Source of the DNA: Octopus sinensis
Lineage: Eukaryota
Length of the DNA: 64,000 bases
Assembly (NCBI RefSeq): GCF_006345805.1
Contig: NC_042997.1
Span: 104,656,001 to 104,720,000 of the forward strand
Direction: 5' to 3'
Position 1 is the stretch's first letter; every line of letters begins with the position of its first letter. Positions 13,338 through 26,869 of this stretch are shown in pieces. The notes beneath the pieces are model-generated. The model saw nothing but the letters and a program-made list of their open reading frames with translations. It was not told where the DNA came from and did not search any database. Both the position numbers and the translations under genes were made by a program.

Positions 13338-13587
13338 GTGGAGGCGCGTGGCTTAGTGGTTGGGGTGTCAGCATCATGATTGTAAGATTGTGGTTTCGAT
13401 TCCTGGACCGGGCGACGCGTTGTGTTCTTGAGCAAAACACTTCAGTTTACGGTGCTCCAGTCCACTCAGGTGGCAAAAATGAGTAACGCTGCCATGGACT
13501 GGCGTCCCGTTCAGCTGGGGAACACATACGCCATAGAACCCGGGAAACCGGGCCCATGAGCCAGGCTAGGCTTTAAAATGGCGCATT
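13338..13587 (+). mobile_element. tRNA-derived SINE, family B (CORE/Meta-like body)
   Basis: A box GTGGCTTAGTGG, B box GGTTTCGATTCC, then GTGTTCTTGAGCAAAACACTT and ATGGACTGGCGTCCCG; close copies at 50093-50344 and 52330-52581. Confidence 0.85.
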
Positions 13588-13654
13588 AAAAAAAAATTAA
13601 ATATGTTTTCATATTTATATACAAACACATACAAATATCTGTGTGTGCATGTGC

Positions 13655-13712
<58 letters not shown>

Positions 13713-14192
13713 ATGTGTGTGTGCGTGCGCGAGCGCGTAAGTATATTCTGGTATCATTTAACTTTATCGAGTCATAGATACACAGATATCAAACAATATA
13801 GACTTCGTCCTTTTAAAAATATTTATTCCTACTTTATTTATGAGATATGTGCTTGTAAAAGAAGAATTTTCATTCTAGCTGCTGTAATAGTAAGTTGATG
13901 GAGACACACCACCACAACTGCCTTAGAATATCCCGAACACATCCGTCAGAGAGGCCAGGTCAACCTGAACGGGACGAAGTTTTCATTGCTCTCCTGCCGA
14001 ATTGTATGATCATTCTGTTGACTGTAGCAAGAGGAATTCCAAGGTTTTGTGTAACCTTTCGCAGGCTTAGTCCACCGTATGATTGACCCACAATACGCAT
14101 TCTTAGAAAATCAGAAGTCTTTTGCTAATGGTGTTCGCGGCGTGTCTGTTCACTTTTCAGATTGCAATATACACACAAACAAACCAACATAA

Positions 14193-14224
<32 letters not shown>

Positions 14225-14835
14225 CATGAGCATACCTATACACACGCATATATCAATAGGTATACATTATATGCATACACACGCATACATGTTAACTGAG
14301 CTTCCCTGTCCATTGCGCCAAAATAATAAGGAGTACGTTGATAAATTGTGTTTTCCGACTTAACAGTTTCAATTCTCATTTGAAAATTTCTAGTATGCCA
14401 TTAATTGCTTGAGAAAAAGCATAAATTGAAAGATTCATAGTTTTGCTGATCTTTTTCTTTCTCTTTCTTTTTCTTTTTCGTCATTAATCCCTGTCTCATG
14501 TAAAATGAAATGGCATCGACAAAGAATTTGGTTTGGAAGTTCATCTTAGTTCTGCGCCAAGATGTTCTGTTTATGGGTCCTATGTGTTAAAGAGTACGAA
14601 ATTGAGATTATCTCCGGTCCGTATGTTCAATCTAGCAATTATCAGTTAACGTTATTGGACAAACAATGAACTTCATAATATTTTCCCATTCAAAGCATTC
14701 AGCCAGAAATCATATGTGTATATGTTTGCGTGAGTGCAATGAATTCATAGGTGATTATTATTTTAGACCTTCTTTCAGTTATTTCATTTTCCATTCGTTC
14801 CAAGAAGCAATGTCATTATGTGTTATATACTTGAT

Positions 14836-15006
14836 CAATGGTCCCCAAACTGGAGTCCGCAAAGTTAGTACCGGGGGTGTGTGAGCTAAATTCAAAATTT
14901 CATATATATGTATATACATAAGGATAGGCATATTAAAGGGTGCCTGTGGAAAAACTCATTTAAATAAAAGGGTTGGGAACTACTGTGAAAAGTTTGGGAA
15001 CCACCG
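14836..15006 (+). mobile_element. hAT-type MITE with duplicated right TIR
   Basis: CAATGGTCCCCAAAC ... GGTTGGGAACTACTG followed by GTTTGGGAACCACCG; 8-bp flanks TACTTGAT and TACTAGAA (6/8 identity) fit a decayed hAT TSD. Confidence 0.6.
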
Positions 15007-15171
15007 TACTAGAAATAGCATTCAATGAGACAATTACGTGTGCTAAATCTTTAAGAAATTTCAGCCGAGTCTACCATTTCAGAAAAAGACTAATGCTGTC
15101 ATAATTCGAATGATTTTGCACACAGATTTCTTCGATCAATGCTAGCAATAATAATGATGATGATGATGATG

Positions 15172-15208
<37 letters not shown>

Positions 15209-15663
15209 GAAGAAGAAGAACAACAACAACAACAACAACAATAAAAGGGTATTAGATTTCAAATGAATATACAATATCTTATCAAAGTAAGAAAATAGAT
15301 TTCTCCATAATATTCAATCACACACACACTCACACATATATACACGCACAAATAAACACATAATCGCGCATACATAAACAAACAAAAAGTGTAGGGTTTG
15401 ATTTTCACATGTGCTCCAGGCCATGGTAAAAGTCATGCTTAGGTAAATTCATTTCTTTCTAAAACGATATCGATTTATATAAGCTGTGTTCTATTGCAAA
15501 TACTTGTCAACGCTTCTTAGTGGAATCGTTGTACCATCCGATATTGGTTAGATTGTAAAAAGGGCTTGTATTTGTAGCAAGTCGAATATTTCTTGAAAAA
15601 TAGTATCTAAAAGGGCAATGCTGACCTCGGTGGGATTTCAAGAACTTAAATACGTTAACTGTG

Positions 15664-16212
15664 AAGGCGTATAGATCAGTAGTTAGGGCGTCGGGCTCAC
15701 AATCATGAAGTAGTAAGTTCGATTCCAGGACTGGGCTGTGTGATATGTTGTTGAGCAAGACAATTTATTTCACGTTGCTCCGGTTCACTCAGCGATGTCA
15801 CTGATGCCAGTCTGTATCTGCCTTTGCTTTTCTCTTGGATAACATCAGAGGCGTGGTGATTGGTGACTGGTATATAAAGGTGGCGAGCTGGCAGAAACGT
15901 TAGCACGCTGGGCGAAATGCGTGGCCGTATTTCGTCTGCCGCTACGTTCTGAGTTCAAATTCCGCCGAGGTCGACTTTGCCTTTCATCCTTTCGGGGTCG
16001 ATAAATTAAGTACCGGTTACGCACTGGGGTCAATGTAATCGACTTAATCCGTTTGTCTGTCCTTGTTTGTCCCCTCTGTGTTTAGCCCCTTGTGGGTAGT
16101 AAAGAAATAGGTATATAATGGGCGACTGCTGGTCTTCCATAAATCCTCGGTGGATAACTTTCTAGGTGCTACACAATGGTCATTTATGACCGAATGGGGT
16201 CTTTACCCTTTA
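15664..16212 (+). mobile_element. Family B-related SINE interrupted by a family A SINE
   Basis: tRNA-like head (AGTAGTTAGGG..AGTTCGATTCC), TTGAGCAAGACA body; resumes after the nested insertion. A related copy lies at about 26575-26760. Confidence 0.7.
15878..16109 (+). mobile_element. Full-length family A SINE with 9-bp TSD
   Basis: Complete head-to-tail copy flanked by GGTATATAA at 15869-15877 and 16110-16118. Confidence 0.9.
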
Positions 16213-16661
16213 CGCTAAAGTGAAAACTACCGTAAGGTTTCTGCTTAATGACAACCATTTCAAAACGATATTTCAAAACTTTTCAGTTTTATAGGGAAAT
16301 ATCGGCAATGTTTTAAAAGGTTATATATATAATTCTTATACATACGTGTAATTACTTAAATGCTCTATGCATGAATCAAAAGTATATTTAGAAAACTGAT
16401 AATAGTGTGACTAATAGACTTATATCTGTCTGTACGTGTTTCAGGGTGCGCTGTATTGGCCAATCAGTGATGCATGCGTGTGTGTACGTGTGTATGCATG
16501 TGTGTGCGTGTGTTTGTAAGTGGGATCCATTCACACATATGCACATAATATTATACCATGTGGTTATGGTTCAGCCAAAAAATGAAACTCTCAGCATATC
16601 AAATAAACAGACACGGAAACAGAAGCGAGCACACACATATGCGTACATATTATACTATACA

Positions 16662-16707
<46 letters not shown>

Positions 16708-17214
16708 GCGTGTGAGTATGTGTATGTATATATACAGACACACATACATGCACACGCTTAAGCACTATTCCCTGTATACAGCAATATATATATACATGCA
16801 TTCATACATACATACATACATACATACATGCATACATACATAACCACACAGACATACATATATAAACAGACATATCCAAATACAAACACACACGCACACA
16901 CACACAAACAAACGCACCCAACCAAACACACTCACACACACACGCGCGCACACCACACACACACACACACACACACTCTCTCTCTCTCTCTCTTTCTAAC
17001 AACCTTCAAACAGGAGTGCATATGATTACTATGCTTCGGTGACCAGATTCCACATACTATACTTTCCATTTTCCCTTTCCGCCGACAGGGAAAATATATC
17101 AAATGCATATTTATGTGATTAATGGTTTAGGCAGAATGTAAACTGATATTTGCGGCTTTCGGCTCGGATATTCGATAAGAATCGATAGGAAGATAATGAG
17201 CCAAGTGTATTTAC

Positions 17215-17585
<371 letters not shown>

Positions 17586-17749
17586 CTCATAGGTATTGGT
17601 GTATGAAAACATTGTGTCATAGAGTAATTGCTATTCTCTTCTGTTGATATGTGTCACGTTGCTTTCATGGTTAGTTTACTAGGGAAAATCTCTAAACTCA
17701 AGTGTCAAATTGTATCAATTAATGAAATGAAAATAAATATTCTCACATT

Positions 17750-17821
<72 letters not shown>

Positions 17822-18414
17822 TATTTATATATATATATGTATATACATGTGTGTGTGTTTCTTTGTGCTTGTGTGTATATGTGTAAGTTTGTCGTTGTGT
17901 TCGAGCGAATTCAGCGTATGTATGCATAACTTTTTTCTTCAACCGTTAAAATAATAATAACCGCTGTGAACGTCCCTAGGACTGTCTCCGGTTTTGTACT
18001 TGCATTTGAATTTTGTCGTTTGCAGTTGATTTCATTATGAATGTACGTACGTACGTATGTGTGTATTTATATATATTCATACATGCTTATGTATGTATGT
18101 ATGCATGCATGCAAGCCGGGATTACTGGACGATTTCGCATTGCAGATCCATTTATTTTTTACATGTCTGCAACATCACCTAATGTACACTGCACCAATGC
18201 ACCCTGCTGTGACTGTTTCTTATTTGGGTGTTTCCTGCCACTCTTAATTCTGTGTGAATGTGATATCTGTTTTTGTATGTGATTTAGTGTATATCTGTAT
18301 GCATACTCATTAAAACGTATGGGTCTCTGAAATCATTTATGTTTGGTTTATGTATGAATATATTTCATTAGTTGAGAGCAGTATGATAGAAATATCAGTC
18401 TAAATTGTATTTTT

Positions 18415-18775
18415 TTATCTTTTACTTGTTTCAGCCAATGGAGCGTGGAACCTTGTGGAAGGGATTTACCGAACAAATCGACAACAGTAGTTTTCTTTTT
18501 AAAGCCTGGTACTTATTCTATCCATCTTTGCGCTGTACTGCTAAGTTGAAGGCACGTTAAGAAACGAAGACCGGTTGTCAAGCAGGGGTGGGAAAGAAAC
18601 ATAAGCACAAACCCCATACACGCATATCTTATCTAGAATAGCTATTGATTAACCATTCTCTCACACCGTCTCCGATGAAGGGATATATAAAATATCCCGG
18701 AAACAGCTGTAAGACCTTCTATTAATAAATGTTCTAAAATCTTCACAGCATTGGTCCTTTTTTATCTCATACACA

Positions 18776-18822
<47 letters not shown>

Positions 18823-19270
18823 TTACCGTTTTGAAAATCAGCACATATTTTCTTCAACGGTTTTCTTATAAGACTGTCAAAGAGAGTTGAGTTTAATCCC
18901 ATGTGTTAAGACTCGTTGATGAGGTTTAAGTTGGACTGCATCAAAATCCGAAATCGTTCGATACGACTATACTCGTTGTCATTAAGATAGTGCTTTGTGA
19001 ATTTTGAGTTGTTTTCACTTTCCTTTCTAGCATTAGTGGTGTTAGTCATTACCCTCTGTCACTTTTGTGGTCTCTATTAATTTTCCCTTTATGTGTATAC
19101 ACACACACACACACATCATACACGACAGGCTTCTTTGGATTCCGTCTACTCGCAGGATTTTTGTCTGCCCGAAGCTTTAGTAAAGATGATATCGGCTAAT
19201 GTACCACACAGTGGGACTGAACCCTGAATCGCCTAGTTGGGAAGCAAACTTTTTACCACACTGCCACGAC
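18415..19270 (-). mobile_element. Family C SINE split by insertions in its internal microsatellite
   Basis: 3' half at about 18415-18600 and 5' half at about 19120-19270, both minus strand, separated by two hammerhead-bearing segments and (CA)n. Confidence 0.6.
18668..18715 (+). ncRNA. Minimal type I hammerhead ribozyme-like motif
   Basis: GTCT / CCGATGA / A-GGGATAT-ATAAA-ATATCCC-G / GAAA / CAGCTG / TA / AGAC: 4-bp stem I, 7-bp stem II, palindromic stem III, GUA triplet. A homologous truncated copy lies at 48720-48764(-). Confidence 0.65.
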
Positions 19271-19822
19271 TTCATGTAGAATATTTAGAGATATGAATTT
19301 ACGTTTTATTTTCGAATATCCAACATATCACTGTCTGTTTTTTCATTTTTCCATGGCCGATAATACCAGTACCAACAATGTTCTGATGTTCCTCTTATCG
19401 AGTGCAATGCTACTGGTATACGTTGGTAGTGATTTTGGCTATGTTAGAAAGGTCTTTGTTGCAAGATGACACGAATGAATAAATTGGCTGGGGTCAGTGT
19501 ATGAAAATATAGTTGCACGCAGTACAAATACATCATTGTTATCGATTATTAATCCAGTGATGATAATTTCAACAGATATAAGGTTTTTCCCATGACCATT
19601 TGCTGCCAAGTGTAAAACAAGTCGTTTTCTTGAACGAAATGGAGTTGAGAATGCACTGCACATGTTCCTAACTAAAGATATAAAACTCAAACTCAAACGA
19701 AACGCAATTTGATCTTCAGTGTAACACGATTAAAAATATTCTCATACACACACATACATACACGTGCGGACACACACATGCACGCCCATGCGCACACACG
19801 CACATGCGTGCACACACAAGCG

Positions 19823-19873
<51 letters not shown>

Positions 19874-21091
19874 TGGTTTTGTGTGAGTTATATATGTGTG
19901 TGTGTATGTGTGTGTGTGTATGTATTGATGATAGGCAGATAGACGCACATACACGCCCACACCTCAGATATATATATATACACAAGGAGAAAGACAGGCT
20001 GAGAATTGGAGTTGTATGTATATATATATACAAATGTATATATATATTATATGTACATACATGCCCATATGAGCACGCTCGCAAATACATAGATACTTAA
20101 GCATACATTCTTTCATGCTAAAACGTTAAAAGAAAATTGACGTTGTCTTCGTTGGTTTTCTTTATACTTTCTTGATTCATGTTTAACAATTTACTAAATT
20201 TAAGTATTACAAAAGTTCGTATTGTGTAAGTTATTTTATCTAATTACTTTATTTACTTGAACAGGTTAACTTGTATTTAACTGTGAAAAATAATATGTTA
20301 TTATAATTGTGGAATGAGAGAAATGTTCTGTCATCATGTGAATGTTGGTGCCCACCGTGAAATTTTCTTTGTAGAGATCAAAGTGAAAAGTAACCCAATA
20401 GAATTCGCATAATAAAGAAATAGATAAGTAAATATATAGTGTTTAAGAGGAATTGAAATCCCAAAGAGAGTAACCGAAACATCATAACTAAGTTGAGTTT
20501 GACAAGTGATTCTTATAGCAAAAAGATAAGATCATTTTGCTAAACCTGTTTTTATTTTCAGTGTTTGCCATGTGATTAGTAGATCAAAAGATGCGAGTGT
20601 GAGTAATTTGTTGACTTGTAAGGGAGGAGTAAAAAACCTCATCATGTGTAGAGAATTTCACATACATGTCAACAGTTTATTACAAATGTGCTGGAAAAAA
20701 AATTGTATATATAGTCGCATATAGAATCACTAGAAGGCAGAAATACATTACTGGTCTTATTCAGCAAAACATTTTTTTCACAAACCTTTTCAGTTGCGTT
20801 GAAAAATATTTCTCTCTAGTGTGATAAGGAAAACTTGTGAAAATTTCTTTTCCCAAACCAGCTATGAAAGTCTTCTTTTTGCACTTTTTTTCTGTTCTTT
20901 TGTTTTCTTTCATTTACATATTTTTTTTAAATAAATTCTTTTATTAATGTAGAGAACCTGCAACTCAACCTCTGCGACAATATAGCTGTTTGAGAGATCT
21001 CGATCACAGCTTTTCTTGTGAAATTGTTTGAAGTATATAATAATGATAATAACAATATTATTATTGTTGTTGCTATTATTATTATTATTAC

Positions 21092-21133
<42 letters not shown>

Positions 21134-21139
21134 TACTAC

Positions 21140-21176
<37 letters not shown>

Positions 21177-23831
21177 TTATTAGTTTTATAACTATTATTA
21201 ATATTATTCATGTAAGCTTATTCATATTGTGTGCTTTCACTGTATAACTGGTTACAGCGCTTTGTGACTTGGGTATAAGCAGTATTTCGTTAGGATTTAG
21301 TGTCGTTCTTTTTCTTATTGAAAGTCTTATATATAATGTATGTCATGTCCTAAGTATAGCCACTTTCTGTGCAACGTGAATAGCTCATTGTCTTGGCGCT
21401 GTGTTTGTATATTTGCATTGTTATAAGATTTGTTTCTCTTTCCAGTCTGGATGTCTCTATTTCTAGGCTTTGACATTTGAATAGTTTCTCGACTTTACTT
21501 AATATGTTTTCTGTTGCCCGTTGGAATTGATGCATCGATCATGTGATATTTTTCTTTCTTGGTGGTCTTTAACAATATCTGCACTAATGCCTTTAATTCC
21601 ACTTGTTTTATGAACTGACATAAAGCGAGATCTGATCAATCAGTTTCTTATTTTCTGAAAGCTTTTGATAGATTCATGTAAGAACCGTTTTCTATTTTTC
21701 CGTATTTAATTTTATCTTCCTTTTTTTTAATCTTTCTTTTTTTTTCTTTTTTTTTTGCTGTGGCGAAAATATTTCTCGCTTAACGTGGAGGCTTTAAAAC
21801 ATATTCTTTAGTAAATGAGAGGCTTTCAAGAATCAATATTGAAAAACTGATTTTTTTTCTTCTCATTTACAACATATTCGTCATACTTATATCTAAATCG
21901 GTATTTCCCAAATTTCGTTTCAACATTACCATTTTACTTTTACTAAGACTTTTCAATTCTCCCTTGCAGTGATTACACACTCCCATATCACTTCGAATGT
22001 ATATAAACAAAATATGAGGTCAGAATAATAAATCCCTGGATAATAGTTTCGCACGGAGGAATATCTACCGCAACACTAGCATATTATAAGCGAATATTAT
22101 GAGCATAGGTTATATATATATATATTGATTTGTTTCATTTACTTATTCGCATTTGAAATCTTTATTATTGTTGTCTTTGATGTTGTCTTTGTATTTCTTA
22201 CTATTGTTGTTGTGATTGTGGCTAACAAATATTTTATCATTTTAGATTCATTTTTTAAAACAATTTGACATGTAAAGAGAAGACAAAGACTAAGAATTAT
22301 ACATCAACCACACTCTCACTGAAGAATTTGTCCTCGGTGTCTATACATAGATTTTCCACTGCCATCAGAAAGCAGTACTGCTTATTTTGAAAAGCACTGA
22401 TCCCAACGAATATTGAGAACAGAAAGCTTGAATGTGGGTAACTTGATGTTAGTGTTGCTGTGGTATATTCTAAATGTTTTCTAGTTGCTTCAAAAATTAT
22501 TTTAGCCATTAATAAGAGCAGATATTCAAATTATTGTACAGTTGATTTTGGGTGGAATTGTAGTGTTAGTTGATAAGACACGAAAAACAAAAGAAAATTC
22601 ATGTTTCTTGAGGCTCAGTTGACCTACGGAAATGTACTCACTGGTTCTTGGTTATTTATTCTCCAATGGATGTGAAGTAACCGACGTTTAAAACCGCTTA
22701 AACTCATCAGCAATATAACAAAAGAAGTGACTATATTAACAACAAATTCTTCTTAACAATCAAGCTATTTGTAAAGCAACTTAATGAGTGTATATCAAAA
22801 ATTGTAAATTTAGTAATAAATGAGTCGGAGACAGACGCACTCTTTCAAACGATATCAAACTATTTGTGTTCCAAAATTATAATGTATTTTCATAGTAATT
22901 AAGAATTAAATATCCAGCCTCGTTGGATTCTTTCTTGATGCAGTGATGCATCACCACCGGTCACTAAATTGGAATGCTCCTCGGTTTGGTACATTAAAGT
23001 AGCATCCACATAAAATGCTTTTTCATATTCATTCCTGCCATAACAAAAGTTAGACTACATTCATGGAGTCAAGTTTTTACATTTCTTTATATTATATTTT
23101 CCGTAAAAATATGTAACATCAGTAAACAAGAAAAAAAAAATGTTCGGCAGTTTATTGATTTTTTTAAAAGCCAAATTGATATGATTCCTCCTTTTCCAGT
23201 GTCAGTTATTTCTAACGACTGAATTTGATTATATTGTCATCGTGTATTCATACAACAAAATGTGGACTTATCAGGGAATGGATGACTATAATATTAACCC
23301 AGTCATTTATTAAACACTGTAGGGATTTGGGAGATAAATTTGCACAGATAAAACTCTGACGTGTTTATGTGTATGTATATTCACACACACACTCACACAC
23401 TCACACACACACACCACACAAGCACACGCACGCACACATATACCCCTATATATAAAGAGGGAAAGACACGTATGTTTATATATGTATATCTTCATGCATA
23501 TGCTGTGTGCGTGCGAGTGTGTGTGTAAATGTTTTCTATTAGTTTTTATTATATATGTAGTTTTACTGGTTATTTATGTTATCTGACATTTGTTTAACTT
23601 CTTTCACAAGGCAAATTTCAATGTATGTACTATGTTTATGGATATGACAAATATAGAAAAGTATTATTTCCATTCATGCATGTTCCTACTGACCTCAGAA
23701 AATTTCTCATGACGTGGGTAACGTGGAAAATCTAATTGGGAATCAGGCATTTTCGTTGACATCACCAGCAACCGCAACAAGAATAAGATCAATGCGGACT
23801 AACACACCGGTGATAATAAATGAAGTATTAA

Positions 23832-24480
23832 GGTGGCTAACTGGCAGAATCGTTTGTCTGTCCTTGTTTGTTCCCTCTGTGTTTAGCCTCTTGTGGGTAG
23901 TAAAGAAATAGGTATTTTGTCTGTCTTTATGTTCTCAGTTCAAATTCCGTCGAAGTCGACTTTACTTTTCATCCTTTCAGGGTCAATAAATTAAGTAGCA
24001 GTTACGCACTGGGGTCGATGTAATTGACTTAATCCGTTTGTCTGTTCTTGTTTGTCCTCTCTGTGTTTAGCCCCTTGTGGGCAGTAAAGAAATAGGTATC
24101 TCGTCTGTCTTTACGTTCTCAGTTCAAATTCCGCCGAGGTCGACTTTGCCTTCCATCCTTTCGGGGTCGCTGAATTAAGTACTAGTTGTGTACTGGAGTC
24201 GGTCTAATTGACTGGCTTCCTACCCCAAAATTTCGGGCCTTGTGTCTAGAGTAGAAAAGAATATTAAGGCGGCTAGTTGGCAGAAACGTTAGCACGCCGG
24301 GCGAAATGCTTAGCGGTATTTCGTCTGCCATTACGTTCTGAGTTCAAATTCCGCCGAGGTCGACTTTGCCTTTCATCCTTTCGGGGTCGCTGAATTAAGT
24401 ACTAGTTGTGTACTGGAGTCGGTCTAATTGACTGGCTTCCTACCCCAAAATTTCGGGCCTTGTGTCTAGAGTAGAAAAGA
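23832..24480 (+). mobile_element. Multimeric family A SINE array
   Basis: Head, tail and three central domains in tandem; outer direct repeat AATAAATGAA(G/A)TATTAA at 23815-23831 and 24480-24496. Confidence 0.85.
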
Positions 24481-24828
24481 ATAAATGAAATATTAAATTC
24501 TTATTGTATGCATATCAGTAGCTGCAGTTCTCTATAGCTACTGGACTCGTTGAGCATATAAAAATATTTGCTCCTTATTTCTCAGGGATTGGTCAAGTGA
24601 TGAGAACCCAGTAAATTTCAAAACCCGATTAAAGCTGTTCATGATGCTTTTCAGTCTGCGAGAAAAAATGTCAAGATTTTCCGTGTTTCTACTTCTACTA
24701 TCTAGATTTACATGCATCATGACTTGATACTACATGCACAGAGATCTCCGTTGAGCGGGTCCTGATATTAAGTAATTATTAAACACTTATGATATACAAA
24801 TCAATATCTTCAGTTCTATATAGTTACT

Positions 24829-24905
24829 GTGGAGGCGCAATGGCCCAGTGGTTAGGGCAGCAGACACGCGGTCTGAGGATCTGGCTAGGCTTGGAATGGG
24901 CGACG
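24829..24905 (+). mobile_element. Internally deleted family B-like SINE
   Basis: GTGGAGGCGCAATGGCCCAGTGGTTAGGG head fused to the CTGGCTAGGCTT..GGGCG tail. Confidence 0.55.
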
Positions 24906-25263
24906 TTTATCGTTTTTATATGGCTACTATGATTCTGCGCATGTGTGTGGTTAACCGGATTTGTTTAAAGGAACTTTAATGGTGTTCACCGAAATTTCTT
25001 TGAGCCATGCTTTCAGAAATAATTACAAGATGTTAGAGAATCAACATAGCAGAAGAAAAGAATAAAAAGGAAGTGGTATACAATGAATGACAATAAAAGC
25101 AACTTGTTCATCGCTGAAGAAGCTGAGCGAATGGACATTATATGTGTTGTGGTTCTTGGTGGTGGTGGTGGTGGTGGTGGTGGTAGGGGGACGGCAGCGG
25201 CAGCAGTAGCGTAGTGGTGGTGGTTTTGATGATGTTGTTGTTTATGATCAGAGTGATATTCCA

Positions 25264-25297
<34 letters not shown>

Positions 25298-25328
25298 GCT
25301 GCTGCTGCTACTACTACTACTACTACTA

Positions 25329-25369
<41 letters not shown>

Positions 25370-25887
25370 AAGTATTAATAATAATAATAATAATAATAAT
25401 AATGAACTGTACATATACATATATAAGTTTATCCTAAGCATAGGAAGAGATTTTAGTGATTCCCAAAGATTTCTTCTCTGTAAATCTGCTGAAAATAGAA
25501 TTTGCTGATCTTGTAATTTAGAGAGAATAGCTAATATCATAAGAAAAAATTTTCCTGTGTATTATATATTCATGTATAGAAACAAAACAGAGTCTCTTTC
25601 TTTTCTCTTTTTTTGAGGGTGAGAGTTGAAGAAAGAAGGGAAAGGGCTACGAGAAGAGGTTTATGTAGGATCAGGACTCCAATCTCGTAAAACCCTCACC
25701 AACAGCTACTTCTAAAACAGACCTACGGGCTGGTGAGTTGTCGCTTAAGTGGTTCAGACGCGCCATCTGCCAGCAGTAATAGAAAATCAAAAGCAACTGC
25801 TGTTTATACTACTAGTACTACTGCTGCTGCTGAGACTGCTATTACTACTGCTGCTGAGACTACTACTACTACTACTACTACTACTAT

Positions 25888-25948
<61 letters not shown>

Positions 25949-26352
25949 ATATAGCTGTTCCATCTGACTAATTTCACATTTGTTATTCCATAGACTTAAA
26001 ACACATGGAGAGTCAACATAAAACACTCCTTTTTAGATATTCTTTCATAATTTTATCCTTCACTTACTGGAGTGCAGCTATGCTGAGGCACAGACTTGAA
26101 GAGTTTTAATCGAATAAATCCATCCGGAGTGCTTTGCATATTTAAGCCTGGTTCTTATTTAATAGATATTATGGCGTACCACTAGGTTATGATGATGTAA
26201 GCAAACCGACGCCAGCTGTCAAGTAAAAAACAGAATCACTAACAGAAAAGCACACAAATAAACACAAAGAGAGAGAGAGAGACACACACACACACACACA
26301 CACACAAACATACTGACACATACGCGCGCGCGCGAATACTAATAAACTATTT

Positions 26353-26393
<41 letters not shown>

Positions 26394-26869
26394 CACATGC
26401 AGCACAGAATGTTGTCAGTAAACAGGTCGCAGACTCAAAGCGACGAAAATATTTTGACAAATTTAAATGTTGAAGTGGATCTAACGGTTCTTGTGTGTTT
26501 CTTAATTGGCTTATAAAAACTTTCCACGCTGCAATTGTTATATATACATATATATCTAAAAAGGAGTATTCTACGTTGACTCAGTCATGATTGTGACCAT
26601 CGGCCTCACAATCATGAGGTAGCGAGTTCGATTCCCGAACCGGGCTGTGTGTTGTGTTCTTGAGTAAGACACTTCGTATTATGTTTTTCAACTTCACTCA
26701 ACTACAGAAATAAATGAGATGCGACGTCACCAGTGCTAAGCTGTATCGCTCTTTGATATTATGTAAACGGTTTGAATGATCAGGCGACCAACACATATTT
26801 AATCATTCATGCAGGTTCATGTAGAACTGTATCCAATGCACGCACGCACACACACACGACCGCCGTCGC

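Noticed and set aside
13338-13410. tRNA-like A and B boxes here and in other SINE heads
   Set aside because: They continue into SINE bodies repeated many times and no complete cloverleaf is evident; not called tRNA genes.
20526-20548. Resemblance to bantam miRNA (AGATCATTTTG)
   Set aside because: Seed mismatch and no complementary arm.
22297-22509. Non-repetitive 70-aa ORF (also 11474-11707, 21350-21535, 54860-55405, 56008-56517, 63115-63564)
   Set aside because: No recognisable motif or convincing splice context; lengths are within chance expectation or overlap repeats.
23832-24480. Repeated units that could be mistaken for a CRISPR array
   Set aside because: Units are about 190-bp SINE modules with no unique spacers and no cas genes; eukaryotic context.
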